Counted from the whole stretch's first letter, positions 38,658-51,994 are shown. The stretch is 63,795 nt of DNA, filler included, from Pelomyxa schiedti (GCA_020536535.1; 4 parts of 4 records of this genome joined end to end with filler, not necessarily neighbours in it); one strand, 5' to 3'. Notes: generated from the sequence alone by a model not told the origin. Numbers and translations are program-made.

Positions 38658-41600
38658 ATGGCCACGATAGGGGCTTCACGGGGAGTTGGGGACGCGACGG
38701 TGGGAGTCAAGGCCGGGCGCACCCTCGACTGGGCGGGCGACACCAAGCGCCTCTTCGCTCAGTCTCTTCTCCTAGCCCAACAACAAAAGCAAAAACAACA
38801 ACAGCAAACTAGCCCACCCAGCCCGGCCACGCCTTCGTCGTCATCGCCATCGCCGTCTCCGTCGGCATCGGTATCGGCATCGGGGAGTACGTCCGCGGGG
38901 GTGCTTGGGCAGGTGCAGGGGAATGGTGTCAACAAGGAGGGGATGGGGATGGGGATGGGGACACAGGGACGCGAATGTGTTGGTGTCGGTGGGGGTGGTG
39001 GTGGTGGTGGTGGTGTTTTTGATGATGGGTTTGTAGGGGTGTACCTTGGTAGATTTGTGAGTGCTATAGCCAACGCGTCAACCAATAATGGGTGCGGGGG
39101 AACCGGCCCAGATTCATTGATTGCCCTCTCTGTGTTGAGGGTATTCCCCCCTCCCCCACCTTTCCAAAGACCGGGTTTCAATTTCAATATCAACGCTTTT
39201 AATTTGGTTCTTGGGCTTTTTTTCAATTTTTTAAATTTTTTTTGTTCTTTCTTCTCCACTTCTCCTATAATTAATTCCGTCTCTTAGGATGTAAGGCAAC
39301 ACTCACATGTTCTATCACTGGCACATTATTTGTCTCACTGTGTACTGGACTCACCAACCACTTCCAACCTTCTGGAACCAGCATTTCAAATTCTGTTGAG
39401 GTACTCTCAAAATTATTATTATTTGTTTTCTATCAGTCAACTCCCTCCTTAGATTTCTCAAGAGCCTCTCACTTTGTCGTTCTGAAACATCAACAAGAAT
39501 GGGTACTCCATCAATCTAAAGTAATAATTTCAATTTATTCCTTGCAGAGGTATTTACATATGAGCTGATTTGTAGTGCGGCCCACATTGCTGTGCACAAT
39601 CCACTTGCAGCCGTACCAATATCAGCTGTAACTGCATCCCTGTGCACAGGTAATCATACACCCCATTATTTTTCTTTATTAATTGTACTTAGAGGTACTT
39701 TCCAATCCCAATGGCAGTATTACAAGAGGTCTCCTTCGTGCTTTTGCTGCCGAGAACTTCCGTTTTGAGGACGCCGATTTTGTGGTGGTTATCAAGTTGC
39801 TCGAGAGTATTATTAGTGAAGACATCAGTATTGTATGATCTAATACTTATTAGTCAAGTTATTAATGGAAATGAAAAGGCCGGCAAATTACCACTGTTTG
39901 AGGCATTGTCAAAGCTTATGCATGGTAGTACACATACATATCCAGATGGCATGATAGACCGCCTTCTTTCTCTTGCTTTGTCTACCGATGCCAGAACGGT
40001 CAACTCAACTGGTGCAATGGTTTGTAACAAATTTTTCTCCAAACGGACTCAATTAATTTCTGCATTAGCATTTGGCTGCATCGTGTGCCGTGAAAGAAGA
40101 CTTCGCCCGCAAGCTTTACCTTCAGTTCCAGACTATTCTAACAACTGATAACAAAGCCACCTCCCTGACAGCTGTGATGGAGGTCTTGCCAATCCTGTAT
40201 GAAAGGTAGAGTTTCACAGTAAATAGTCAGCCCGTTGATCAAAACAGGTATCCGGTTACACTCAGTTGTGTGCATGAAGATATGCTCAAGGTTGTGCTGT
40301 CTCCTAAGTTTTTAGCGGATACAAGTCGGTGGAATGTAGCCCAATCTTCATTTTGCAAAATGCTGAAAGTACGCAATATCCACAAAACTACAACTCACTT
40401 TGAAATAGTTCGAACTTGAGCATAATGGGATGCCTTTTGTTCGCCCAGTAATTAATACACTGGTTTCAAAAATGTATAGCCTTCGTCAAAAGAGAGCTGA
40501 TATCCCTGGTGATGTAACTAAGGTATTTACTTGCCCTCATTTCGTTGCCCCTCATTTAATTTAGAATAATCCTGAACCACCAAGCTTCAAAGACGTTATA
40601 ACTCTTCTGGGGCTTTTGACATGTCACATTGATGACCCTAGGGTATTCCTTCCTTGCTCATTGGACACATTAACAATGAGTGGAAAAGGTGACTGAATTA
40701 GTTGTACCCACAATCATCAGCAATACGATATCATATCCCCCCAAGGAAGATGACTTCTTAATGCTAGATCAACTCACAAAGATAGCGCAACTGAAGACCT
40801 CGACTGTGGAGGGGGAAGTCATAAAAATCCTGGTATACCAAGTTCGATTTTTGTGTTTGTGTGAATGTCCTGCACAGGGTAACTTGTACCATCGAACGTC
40901 AAAAAATATTCACTGCGACCCAACTATTGAAGACATTTTGGCAAAGGTGCCCAAACCCTTATCTCATGTGATTTCATTAATACCCCGCACCCATAGATAT
41001 CCATGCTGTTCCAGTTCCTAGCAGAACGAATCAAGTCTGTCGAGGGAAAGAAATTCATGCTTAGACGTATGCTAGTTTTGATTCAGCAATGCGCCAAACT
41101 AAGTGCACTGAGGCCACCAGGAGAGTCAGTTGTGAATCTTCTTTGCAGCATTCTTCCTAATACACAATCAAGATTGCTACTCTTTCCCCCCTGAAGGGCA
41201 TTGGGCTCCTACTTCCGGTTCTAGCGTCACTAACGTCAGCTGTGGATGATGAAACTGTTATACATCCAGATTCAGCAACTCAACAACTCTTTAGGAAAGT
41301 GTGGTTTTCATGTGTCCTGAACAGATTCACAACAGAAGGTTCGCTGGGAATTGTAATTGCCCAACACTTATACTCTGCTAGGCGAGTGGCGCAAAGACTG
41401 GCTACAATCTATTCTTCGCTTCGCACACAAGATACCAGTCCTTGTCTTTGGAAAGCAGCATGTGTACATGGAAATGAACCTAGAGCTAGATGGAATAATT
41501 CGAGGGCTCGGATCAGTGTGAAAAAATACAGTATTATATAAACGCTCATACTTCACAGCAAGAGATTCCCGTTATCCGCAATAATCTCCTAAGTGCTTTT

Positions 41601-44600
41601 GGAAGCATGGAGATAGGAGGTTACACTGCGGCCTCACTACTGAAAGGTTTAACTGATATTAATTCCGCCTATATCTTGTGCGTTTTCCACCTGGAAGTCA
41701 ACAGGTGGGTGCTCTCCTGACATCTTGACTTCTAAAAAGACTGCTCACAGACCCTACAATGGCAATTTCCAGTCCCTGTTCTCTTATTTGGAAGATCAAT
41801 CTCTGGAAGGCTCCACTGTGCCAAATAACAACACTCTTCCTCTGTTGTTTCGTGCTATTTCTGACAAGGTTGCTCTCAAGAATTGTTTCCCTTCTAAACA
41901 AAAAAGGTATTTGATTCTCTGTGCAATTGGTTCAAAGCGCAGCCCAATACTCCTGCTCGTGACAACAAACTTTCAAGTTTTGGGCAATTTCTGCTGGTGA
42001 ATGTTTGCAACAGGTATTTCCACACTCCCGATGCATTGCTTCTGACACTTCATAGAGTCCTGCCAGCAAGTAAAGCTGCCACGGCTTATGTAAATGCCTT
42101 TGTGGAGAGGTCACTTGGAGTAAACTTAAGTTTTTCTGACTTCATCCAGATTCCCACAGGTTCTATGGCAACGACCTTGTATTCATACACTTCTGGAGCT
42201 AGTTGAAGCAGTCAACTCAAGGTTGAAGGCATCCCCAATTGAATTGGTGTGTTGAGAAAGGTATCAGCATTCTCTTTATTCTGATCCGTTTCAGTCACAT
42301 GTCCGAGTTCCTGGAACTTCCTTTTCTGTAAACCTTCCTGAGGATTCAACAGCAATAGCTGAGATGTACAGAGAGGTAACTCCTTTTTTCGAAAAAGAAA
42401 TCTAAGATTTTCCTGCAGATTCAAGCTATTGCTGCAAACTGGATTACACTTGGAAAAAAGACCTCCTCTGAAGAGACTGTTTCAGCTTTGCAAGTGTGCA
42501 CTGTTTCTGACTGCTTACAATAACATGTTACAGGAATATTTGCAAAGCTTTACAAGGTCGACTGCAACACTTCCCATCACACACTCTGGTGTGGCCTTGG
42601 CAATTCAACTTGGCACCTCCACCAAAGGTAAGTTGAAACACAATTTATGGTAGTTTCCCGACTATCTGCAGAGCTTGTCACCCCGAATTCGACAAATGAA
42701 AATACAGCAGCACTAATGGTGGACACTATACAAGCAAAGGCTGCCCACACTGGAAGTATAAATGGAATGTTCAATTTACTATCAGTTATCTATCCGGATG
42801 GTTGTCCAATGTTTTTCCAAACACTTTTCTTATGAAACTTAGCTGGCCCGGCTGAACTTCAAGCAAGGCTCGCGAGTATTCTTCTTCAAAATCTGACAAA
42901 AAGTTGCAACTCATTTGGAACACCTTCCTGGAGTTTTGCCTTATATGCTGGAGCTATGTTTGAAGCAGCAACTTTTGTGGTTACGTGTGACCAAGTAGGA
43001 TATTATTACTTAGCACTTGTCCTCCCTTACCCTGGACAGTATGACCTCTTGTTGAAGAAGCTTGTATGGGCTCCTGTAGAGTTATTTAGTGTGGAATCAA
43101 TGCAAGTGGGAGTAGCAGTTTGGGGATGGCTCCTTGCTGAACGGGTGGATTTGGCAATTAAAATAATGTCTGAAATCTCTCATGCATGGTGTGCCCGTCA
43201 AACTGTGAAAATCACACTAAACCACTGCAGGTTTTGGACAGTGGACAATCACAAGGGTTTATTTAACCAGGCCCCCAGGTCCGAACAATAAAAGTAATTT
43301 CACAATTATAACTTCTGCATTTAGACCTCCAAGTCCTTTAGCAGCTGAGCCTTCTGCATCACAGTTTACGGGCAATGAACATGCCCCACATCGTGTGTGG
43401 ATTAAATTCCTACGCCAAAGACATGCCGTCATACAAACAACAAGCAAACCGCTGTTACAAATCCTGTCAAAGATGATGGCTAAAGCATTAAATACACCAG
43501 AAACATGGACGTGTGTGCTTGTACATAAATACCAGTCTAACTTCTCCTTGGTAGTCTTTTACCATCCAGTCTTGGCACTCGATTCCAAATTCTTCTTCTT
43601 GCAATGCAAGTGTTCCCTTCCTGCGTAGAGGAGTCCTACCTGAGGCAAAGAATATTCGCGTGTGCTTTTCAGTGGTTCGAAAATTTTCCTATGTGTGCCT
43701 GCCTTCCTTTGACTCACTATGAGCACTAAAACAACACTCAAAGATGGTATGAACCTTCAACAAGAGAGGAACTGGTCGAAGATGTCAAGTACTATCCTAC
43801 ATGCAAGAACAAACATTTACGCTCCTTCAGGGTTCTCGTGGACTTCTGTAAACTAGTGGCACAAGACCATACCCTGTTAAACAGCGTACTTGTGAAAAAT
43901 AAACATGCCCTGGGTGCAACAGCAACAATACGGTAAGATCCAGCCAATGTCTTATGTAGTTGTAACTAGAAAATAACCAGAGCCTCTCGAGCTCTTGATG
44001 CGGGAACCAAGTCAGTTTCAAGCTTAACCATTGTACCCCTGATCTCTCCACTGGAAGGTATTTGTCTTTCTGTTTCATACAAACTTATTGTCACTCATAC
44101 TATCCAAGAGCAACTCCTTCAGATTTACATGGTACTGAAACTTCAGACACGCCTGGTCATTCTTCTCGTTGGAAATGAAATTGAGCGCATCATAGTGTGG
44201 AACAATCCCCTCAACAGAATTTGCCTTCAAATCCCAGAGCAGAATATGTTCTCTTCGAACTCAATTCCTGCAGTAATCTCTCCTCTCCTACCCAACTTTT
44301 ACATTTAGATTGAACCCATGAAGGATCTGAAAGGTCACTGGACAGATCACGTTAATACAGCATGGAGTGTGGCCCCAAAACTAGCTGTTCAGCTCTGGAT
44401 AAGGTTGGTCCTGTATTCGTTTTTCCTCCAGTAACCCATATTTGGTAGATTTCCACTGACACATGTCAAGCAACTCTTAAGTCGCAAAGTCATGCTCAAC
44501 CCGAGGGATGTAACAGCCTGCCCAGAAGCCGTTACCCTGTTAGTCACTGAAGAAAATGTGAAAAACAACATTCCAGAGCTGAAGGTATGAGTCATAGTAA

Positions 44601-46200
44601 ATGTCTTTCTTTTAATAAAAGGAAAATAAGTATCTTGTATTCTGGGCTACCACAGACCCACCCACTGCATTATCATTTTTACGGGGGGAGTATCACTCAC
44701 ACCCCATTGTGACACAGTATGCTATCCGAGTGTTGAGGAAATTCAATCCTGAAACCATAATTTTCTACATTCCCCAACTTGTTCAATCACTTCGGTTTCT
44801 ACTTACTGGTTTTATTGAATATCTCAATCCCCACTCAAGGTATGACAAGTCTGATCTGGTAGAAGACTACCTTGTTGAAGTTGCTTCACAGTCACAGATT
44901 ATTGCACACCAGCTTATTTGGAATGCACAGACATACCCACTGGAAACCACCTTTGGTGGTGGCAAAGTACCAATCCCTCCTCTACCCAAATCATAGCCCA
45001 TAACATGCCTCCAAAGGTTGATACGGATTTTGCCATAAAAGCGGGGCACATGCGGGAACGAATCATACAAAACTTTACACAAGAGGAATTCAATGCATAT
45101 GAAGAGGAGTTCGGATTTTTTGGAAATTTTACAGCCATATCAGGGAAGCTCCTTCCCGTTGAAAAGGACCTCAGAAAGGTGAACGAAATCCAAGTATTCT
45201 CAAACTTACACAGTGTTAGCCCACACTGAAAGCCGAGCTTCGTAAATTACCTGTAAAAGAGGGCAAAGTGTACTTACCGACTAATATCCACACGGTTGTG
45301 CACTCCATTGACCCAGAATCAGCTGCCTGTCTCCAGAGTGCAGAGAAGGTAGAGTCAAGTCCCTTTCTTCCTTCAAACAAAAAATAAATAGGTTCCCATT
45401 TTAGTCAATTTCATGGTTAGCAACAAGAATGACCCCTCTGGCACTATTTCTAAGATGGGTTGCATCTTTAAGGTTTAGTAGTTCAAAAACTTCATCCATA
45501 ATCAATAACAACACAAAACATAGAGTGGGGATGATATTCGGCAAGATATGTTGGCATTGCAGTGCATTGAACTATTGAAACGGATATTCCAGTCTGCCGG
45601 ATTGAAATTGTTCCTCTTTCCATATAAAATCATTGCAACTGCACCTGGGGTTTTCCTCCTTTTTGGTGCTTGATAACCTTTACAACAATTTAAAAGTGTG
45701 GTGTGATTGAGATGGTACCCAACACCATGTCGCGAGACCAACTGGGCAAAAATTATGCAGGAAATCTTTACAGCTACTTCCTTGATAAATACGGGAATAA
45801 AACGAGCTCTACATTTCAAACTGTACAACCTTTCCTCTTACAAAAAATCACCATTTATGTACCCACAGGCCCGCCGGAACTTCATTCAAAGTATGGCCGC
45901 ATATGCAATTGCCTCGTACCTTTTGCAGGTGAAAGACCGGCATAATGGGAACATTCTAATTGATGAGCAAGGGCACCTCATACACATAGGTTTGACGCCG
46001 GCAGTGGAACAATGTAAAACTCATTTCCACAACTCAGATTTCGGCTTCCTCTTTGACCACACTCCTGGTGGTGACATGGCATTTGAAAAGGCACCCTTCA
46101 AGCTCACTGCGGAGATGATTGACATAATGGGTGGTGTGCCCACTGCAGAACAGTTTGTCTGGTTCATGGAACAGTGTGTCCGAGCTTTCCTGGCATCCAG
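38658..46200 (+). CDS. PI4KA: Phosphatidylinositol 4-kinase alpha (STT4-like), many introns, last exon displaced by an assembly chimera
   Basis: Motifs [40 protein letters not shown]|YD, AHQLIWN, LQSAEK|VP, CIFK|[46 protein letters not shown]|[13 protein letters not shown]. Confidence 0.95.
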
Positions 46201-46301
46201 GTTTTTTTTCCGGACACCTAATGCCATGTCACCACCAGGAGTGTGGTCAAAGAGGAAGCCGAAATCTGAGTTGTGGAAATGAGTTTTACATTGTTCCACT
46301 G
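46002..46301. repeat. 82-bp inverted repeat (46002-46083 and 46220-46301), fold-back chimera
   Basis: The second arm is the exact reverse complement of PI4KA intron/exon sequence. Confidence 0.9.
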
Positions 46302-46460
46302 GGGGTTGATGGTTGTGACGGGATTGGGGAGTGCTGTGGGGCCTTCTTCTTGTATTTGATGCGGTTAGATCAACCACAAATCGGTTCCATGTTACTTCAG
46401 TCCTGGGACTCCGGTTTTACATAGAATCCTCTTTCACACTATTTCACTTATTACCATACA

Positions 46461-47063
46461 GGGTACCATGCCTACGTAGCCATGCTTGTGCTCGATCACG
46501 CATACAACAACCCAATAGCAAATGTATTTGAGGAACTAATATTCACATCAACACCAAAAACCATACCCAAAGCGGAACATCCCCCACACACTCACAACCA
46601 ACACCAACAAACAACAACCACCCCACAGCACTCCCCAATCCCGTCACAACCATCAACCCCCAGAGGAACCAATGACCAACAAACAATAACCACCACACTG
46701 ACTCCAGCAACCACAACAACCACCACCACTACAAGTACCACTGCCACCACCACACAGGATACACACATAGAACCACCACCACCACTCCCACAGCTTCCAG
46801 TGTTGCTGAGCCAGGCCCCAGGAGCGAGGGGGAGGAACAGGAACAACCGGCTGCAATGGGCTGTGCTGGCCACCCTCCTGGTGCAGACTGACACTGTGCT
46901 GCTCAGGGAGCAACAGCAGTTACTGGTGCAGGAGGACAGGCTCGACTTGGCCATGGTGTTGACTGCAAGAAAAATGCTGGCAAAGCCAAAGGAAGTAACT
47001 GCAAAGGAAAAGGACAGCAACGAGTCCAAAGAGGAAAAGGAGGTTGTTGTTTCAGGATTGTAA
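46461..47063 (+). CDS. 3' exon of an unidentified gene (Thr/Pro-rich), within the inverted block
   Basis: Acceptor ...ccatacag| is followed by an open frame to TAA at 47063. Parts recur inverted at about 46301-46341 and 47485-47628. Confidence 0.5.
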   Translation, partial: GYHAYVAMLVLDHAYNNPIANVFEELIFTSTPKTIPKAEHPPHTHNQHQQTTTTPQHSPIPSQPSTPRGTNDQQTITTTLTPATTTTTTTTSTTATTTQDTHIEPPPPLPQLPVLLSQAPGARGRNRNNRLQWAVLATLLVQTDTVLLREQQQLLVQEDRLDLAMVLTARKMLAKPKEVTAKEKDSNESKEEKEVVVSGL

Positions 47064-47247
47064 TAGAAAAAAATGAAATGGATTATCCCGGGATGTTTTC
47101 CTCTTCCTCCAGTCACAACTTACAGCCCTCCACCACAGCTGGGAGGTTGTTTGTATTCTGCTCCATACGTCCGTGTAAAGACAGTTGTGGGATTCCGGGC
47201 ACGATCACGAGAAAAAAACAGGATTCAGGAAATAGTGGCACGATTAG

Positions 47248-47482
47248 TTACATGGAAATGCCGTTGTCGAACTGTTGGAATTTGTCGTAGAAGTAGGTGA
47301 AGAATGTGCCCTTGGCAGAGAATGCACTGGCAACAACCCCGGCCATGAACTTTGCTGCATCAGTGGTGCTACTGGGGGGAGTGAACCGCTTGGTGAGGTT
47401 CTCTATTGTCACCGGCTTGAAGCAAGGCAGCTGCGTGTCAAGCATCAGTTGAACCAGCGTTATCAGACTGTTCATGTATTGC
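47248..47482 (-). CDS. PI4KA: Terminal exon of PI4KA, inverted relative to the rest of the gene
   Basis: QYMNSLITLVQLMLDTQLPCFKPVTIENLTKRF...YDKFQQFDNGISM* is the canonical PI4KA C-terminus and continues directly from RAFLASR at about 46200. Confidence 0.9.
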
Positions 47483-47826
47483 CTGCTGGAGTCAGTGTGG
47501 TGGTTATTGTTTGTTGGTCATTGGTTCCTCTGGGGGTTGTTGGTTGTGACGGGATTGGGGAGTGCTGTGGGGTGGTTGTTGTTTGTTGGTGTTGGTTGTG
47601 AGTGTGTGGGGGATGTTCCGCTTTGGTTTGCTGGTTTCTGACCTATATCCTTGTTGTACTGATCTCATTGTTCATTGTGCTTATGGTATACGTGGATCAG
47701 TTCCAGAAGTTTGTTTTTAACTTGTTCATAATCCTATTGGTTCCCCCCATACTCAGCTATCTTATCAACTTCCTGTTAGTAGTGTTTCATTTTTATCGTA
47801 GTTTTCTGAATATTTTCCATCTAGGC

Positions 47827-47926
47827 NNNNNNNNNNNNNNNNNNNNNNNNNNNNNNNNNNNNNNNNNNNNTTAATTAATTAANNNNNNNNNNNNNNNNNN
47901 NNNNNNNNNNNNNNNNNNNNNNNNNN
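47827..47926. other. Artificial contig linker
   Basis: N44-TTAATTAATTAA-N44. Confidence 0.97.
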
Positions 47927-48870
47927 CAACGGCAGAGAGGACGTGGTGAGGGAACTGTTGGGTGTGGTTGAGGTCAGCACATTGCGACAAAGTAATTCCA
48001 TAACAATATCTCAGAGAGAGTGCCACACAATCCAAAGGGGTTCCGCACCATTCCCTGAGTGCCGAAATGCGCAGCAAGGATTCAAGGTAACATTACTTTT
48101 TCAAGACTAAATTGACTAAGAAAAGGCTCAATACACCCTATTCTGTGACAATATCAATACACTCTAAGAGTGGTAATTGATACATAGCTTTGCTGTGCAC
48201 ACAGACAGAGAGTGCCGGGCTTCTCTGAATGTTTGTGAGATGTCGTATATCCTAATCCCGTTTGCGAGATGCATGCATTGAGTGTGCTGGAAACAACCGC
48301 TTCAATGGAAATATTTACTCCAAAGGTCAGTGAGAAAAAACACCACTATGGCTTGAAGATTTCCGAGTATCACCGCGCTTTTATGAATGCTTGTCAGATG
48401 TATGGATGATTGTCATCGTTTACATGCTAATATCTCATAGCAAGATGCATGCATCCAAGTTCCGCTGCAATGCCGGAAATATTTCCACCAAAGTGCCGTG
48501 TTGAGAATGTCAGTATGTGGCACTGACGTGAACAAGCCGAGCATGGCTTGCTGTTCTGCCACAACCCCGCTGGCAGAGGCTCTCATCCACGGCCACTTGG
48601 GCGTGGCACGCATGATTGTGGTGCGTGGTGGCGCAGCCAATGAGGAGGCGCAGGATGAAGTGGACAAGGCCATGGGTGGGCACCACAAGTACGAGCAGTG
48701 GCTGATCGAGTGTGCTCACCCAACTGTTGCCATCCCGTAAGTAGGACTTCTGAACAACCAACCCTAAAAAATGAAAAAAAGGCCAAGGACAAGATCATTA
48801 TCAGGCAGCTGGAGGAAGAGGTGAGAGCATTGAAGTCAAAGTTGTCAACAACCGAATTGATACTGAGACC
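47927..48870 (+). pseudogene. Interrupted ankyrin - coiled coil gene fragment (paralog of 52751-55023)
   Basis: NGREDVVRELLGVV (47927-47970) and TDVNK...TPLAEALIHGHLGVARMIVVRGG...DKAMGGHHKYE (from 48520) are separated by about 550 nt of foreign repeat. The fragment ends after IRQLEEEV. Confidence 0.75.
48120..48510 (+). repeat. Dispersed non-coding repeat, second copy at about 57500-57885
   Basis: AAAAGGCTCAATACACCC...GTAATTGATACATAGCTTTG...CAGACAGAGAGTGCCGGGCTTCTCTGAATG...GTTGAGAATGT is colinear in both places. Confidence 0.9.
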
Positions 48871-49020
48871 AGGTTTTTTACTCTCAAATCATTTTTCAGG
48901 TTTTGAATTTCACACCTCCACAAAAAAAAAGAGCTGTTGGTTGGTGTGTTATAGCTTGGACCCGTGGAGTCCCAAGTGATTCCCTGAATCATTCACAATC
49001 ACTCTTCACAACTGTTATTG

Positions 49021-51994
49021 ATGTTTCGTCGAGTCTCTCTGGTAGTCAACAACACGTCCTCGCCTGGTGAAACCTACAGTGGCCGGCTGGTCAATGGAAA
49101 AAACGACGGCATGGGCACCTGCAAATTTATAAACGGTGACACCTACGATGGAGTGTGGCTCAATGGAGACAAGAACGGCCGAGGAGTGTACAGGTGGCCC
49201 AATGGCGAAACCCACGAGGGTGAGTGGCTCAACGACAAGATGGATGGGTGGGGTGTGGCCCACTGTGCTGGTGGTGGCTGGTATGTGGGCCTGTGTAGAG
49301 ATGACCACTGGAAAAGGGGAACGTGGCACGACGGCGACGGTGTGGATGTGTGGGATGGCGAGTGGGTGTGGAATGCAACAGAAAATACTAATGAGATGCA
49401 GGGGTGGGGTGTGCAAAGGAGGATGACAACCAATGGGGGGGCCTCAGTAAAAATGGTGGTCACGGTGTATGAGGGTGAGTGGGACAGGGACCAGTGGCAC
49501 GGCGTGGGAACGTGGATGTCACCTGATGGCTTGGGTGACATCTACCATGGTCAGTTTGACCACGGCAAGAAATGTGGAACAGGGAGTATCCTGTTTGGAG
49601 GTGGTGGGAGTTACGTTGGTGGGTGGAAGGATGATGTGTTCCACGGTCGGGGTGTGAGGCTGTGGGCAAACGGTGACAGGTATGATGGCCAGTGGGTCGG
49701 CGGCAAGGAGCACGGTGAAGGAACCAAGACATGGTCCAGGGATGGGTCGTCATTCACTGGGTTGTGGGAGGGTGGTGTTCCAACAAAGGGGACAATGAGG
49801 TGGCCAAACGGTGACATGTTTGAAGGCACGTTCACGCAAGTGCGCCGGGTATGGTCCTGGAGTGATTGGGAGTTCATGAATGGGGAAGGCACACTTACAT
49901 TGTCGAAATCATCATCTGGAGGGTTTGGCATGATGAAGGGAACTCTCAACAACAACCAGTTTGAAGGGGTGAGTTGTCCAGGAGTGAAACATCAAATGGG
50001 ATCATCACTTCCACAGTTTGAACACTGGCAGCAGATTGAGGTATGTATGACTCTGCTCTTTTTTTTTTTAGCTCTCACAAACAAAAAACCACAGAAACTG
50101 AAAACTGAGGCCACCAAAGAGAAAAGTGAGATTGTGGCAAAACTGAAAGAAGAAATGAGAGCAGCCAAAGAAGAGTGGGAAGTGTGTCTCTCTTTGCTGT
50201 TATGAGGTCAGGTGTTGACAAAAACTACAGAAACTTAAAGAAGTGCACACAAAAAGAAAGAGAGAGCTGGAGAACAAACTGATGAATCTTCAAGCCCAAT
50301 TTTCATCACTCATGGAGGAAACCCAGAAAGAAAAGGTTCAAGTGTGGGATGTGCAAGTGGCTCTTTTGTGTTGGCTCATGAAACAAAAAAAAAAAAGAAA
50401 CAGAAAAGTGAGCTGGAGACAAAACTGAAAGAAGAAATGAAAGCAGCAGAGGAGTGGGAGGTGAGTGTTGTTGTTCTCTTTTCTTTCATTTTCAACACTT
50501 AAAGCAATGAAAAACACACACACTACACTTTAAGGCCAAGGACAAGCTCAGAATCAGACAGTTGGAGGAAGAGGTGAGTGGCCTGAACACAAAGTTGTCT
50601 GCAATGGAGGCAAAACAGAATTCAGCCAAAAAAGAGTGGGAGGTATGTGGTTCTACTCCTACCATGGTCAATTGCTTCCATCTCACTCAGACTGACACTT
50701 TCTTTTTCAAGCAAGCAACAAAGATACTCAATGAGCAGCACGCTGAGGAGCTCAACCAGATGAAACAAGTGCAAGATCAACAGGAAGAGTGCAATTCAAT
50801 GAGGCCAACAACAGCAATGCCTGAATTGAATGAGGCTTTCAGATTGGCCACACTCTTCCAGACTCAGTTGGAGCAATCAGTGCCGCAATTTCTCTTGCTC
50901 CAGGAGTCACTGCAAAATCTGACCAGAAACCTTGAGGGAGCCACCAAACACAATGAGGAACTGGCCTCTCACCTGCAGAAACTATCAGGCCTGAGGTGCA
51001 CACTTGAGGGGAAACTCAACAAATCAGATGAGGGCTGCAAGGAGATCCTTGGGAAAAATCTGACGGTTCGGAACAGTGAAGCAGAGATTCAGGAGTGCTC
51101 AAGGCGCATCTCATCATTGACAAAGATCTGGGGAATGCAGGGCTTGATGGCAGAGAAGAACATCGTTTCCGCCACCGAAGGTAAAAAAGAAGCTTCAACA
51201 ATTTCAAACGTTTCAACTAAAAAAAACAACAGAATGTGAACCTGTTGACGAGGGCCTCCTGGAGCCTTTGATTGTTCCTCTCAAACCACAAGATGATGAA
51301 CCATTCACACCACCGTTCCAGCTGCTGTGCACACTCACCAACACACTGGCACAACTCCAATCATGCAGATTCGAGGAGTTCACAAAGCTTGCTGACAGAC
51401 ACACAGAGCTGTCAAAAGAGCTGTCTGAGCAGGTTTCAATTGGAGGCACACAGAGAGGAAACACAGAGAGAATGTTCAGAGCTGAGGAGAGAGCACAAGA
51501 GCAAGTGGATGCTTCAGCGAGGGTTGGAGGGTGACAAGCAGTTCATTGGGATGCCTTGTGTGTGGTCAATGCTCTCTGAGTTGCTCCCTCAGGCTCAACA
51601 AGCAATCGTGGACATCAGCCTTTCCAAGGCCTCTTCATGCTTTGGGACCAACAGCAGCTGTAGTCAGCACAACCAACCAACACCAACAGCAGTGGGCACT
51701 CTCCCAGGTCACACATCCTCACCCCCTGATGTGCCACCATCAACAACAACCAGCGGGAGTGCCACAGTTATGGTGTGCATTGAGTGTGATGAGAGGCCAC
51801 CAAACATGCAGTTCCAGCCTTGTGGCCACGTTGTGCTGTGCTCCCAGGTACACCATGCCCCCCATGTATTTTATGTTTCATTTTTCACCTGACAACACCA
51901 CAACAAATAAAACACAACAACACAGTGTGGAGCCACTGTGAGGAAGTGCCCTCACTGCCGTGTCCCAATCAAAACAAAAATACAAATACCTTGA
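49021..51994 (+). CDS. MORN repeat - coiled coil - C-terminal RING (IAP/MIB-type) E3 ligase, with a frameshift at about 51450
   Basis: Long MORN exon, EEWE|gt coiled-coil exons, and RING CIECDERPPNMQFQPCGHVVLCSQ|CGATVRKCPHCRVPI. An 11-nt deletion relative to the paralog near 51450 shifts the frame unless a 25-nt intron is spliced. Confidence 0.8.

Noticed and set aside
16223-46200. Functional clustering of Rictor (TORC2) and PI4KA
   Set aside because: They are separated by six unrelated genes, and nothing beyond chance proximity supports it.
47630-47826. Decayed retrotransposon gag/integrase-like fragment on the minus strand
   Set aside because: It is too short and stop-ridden to support and lies in the chimeric contig end.
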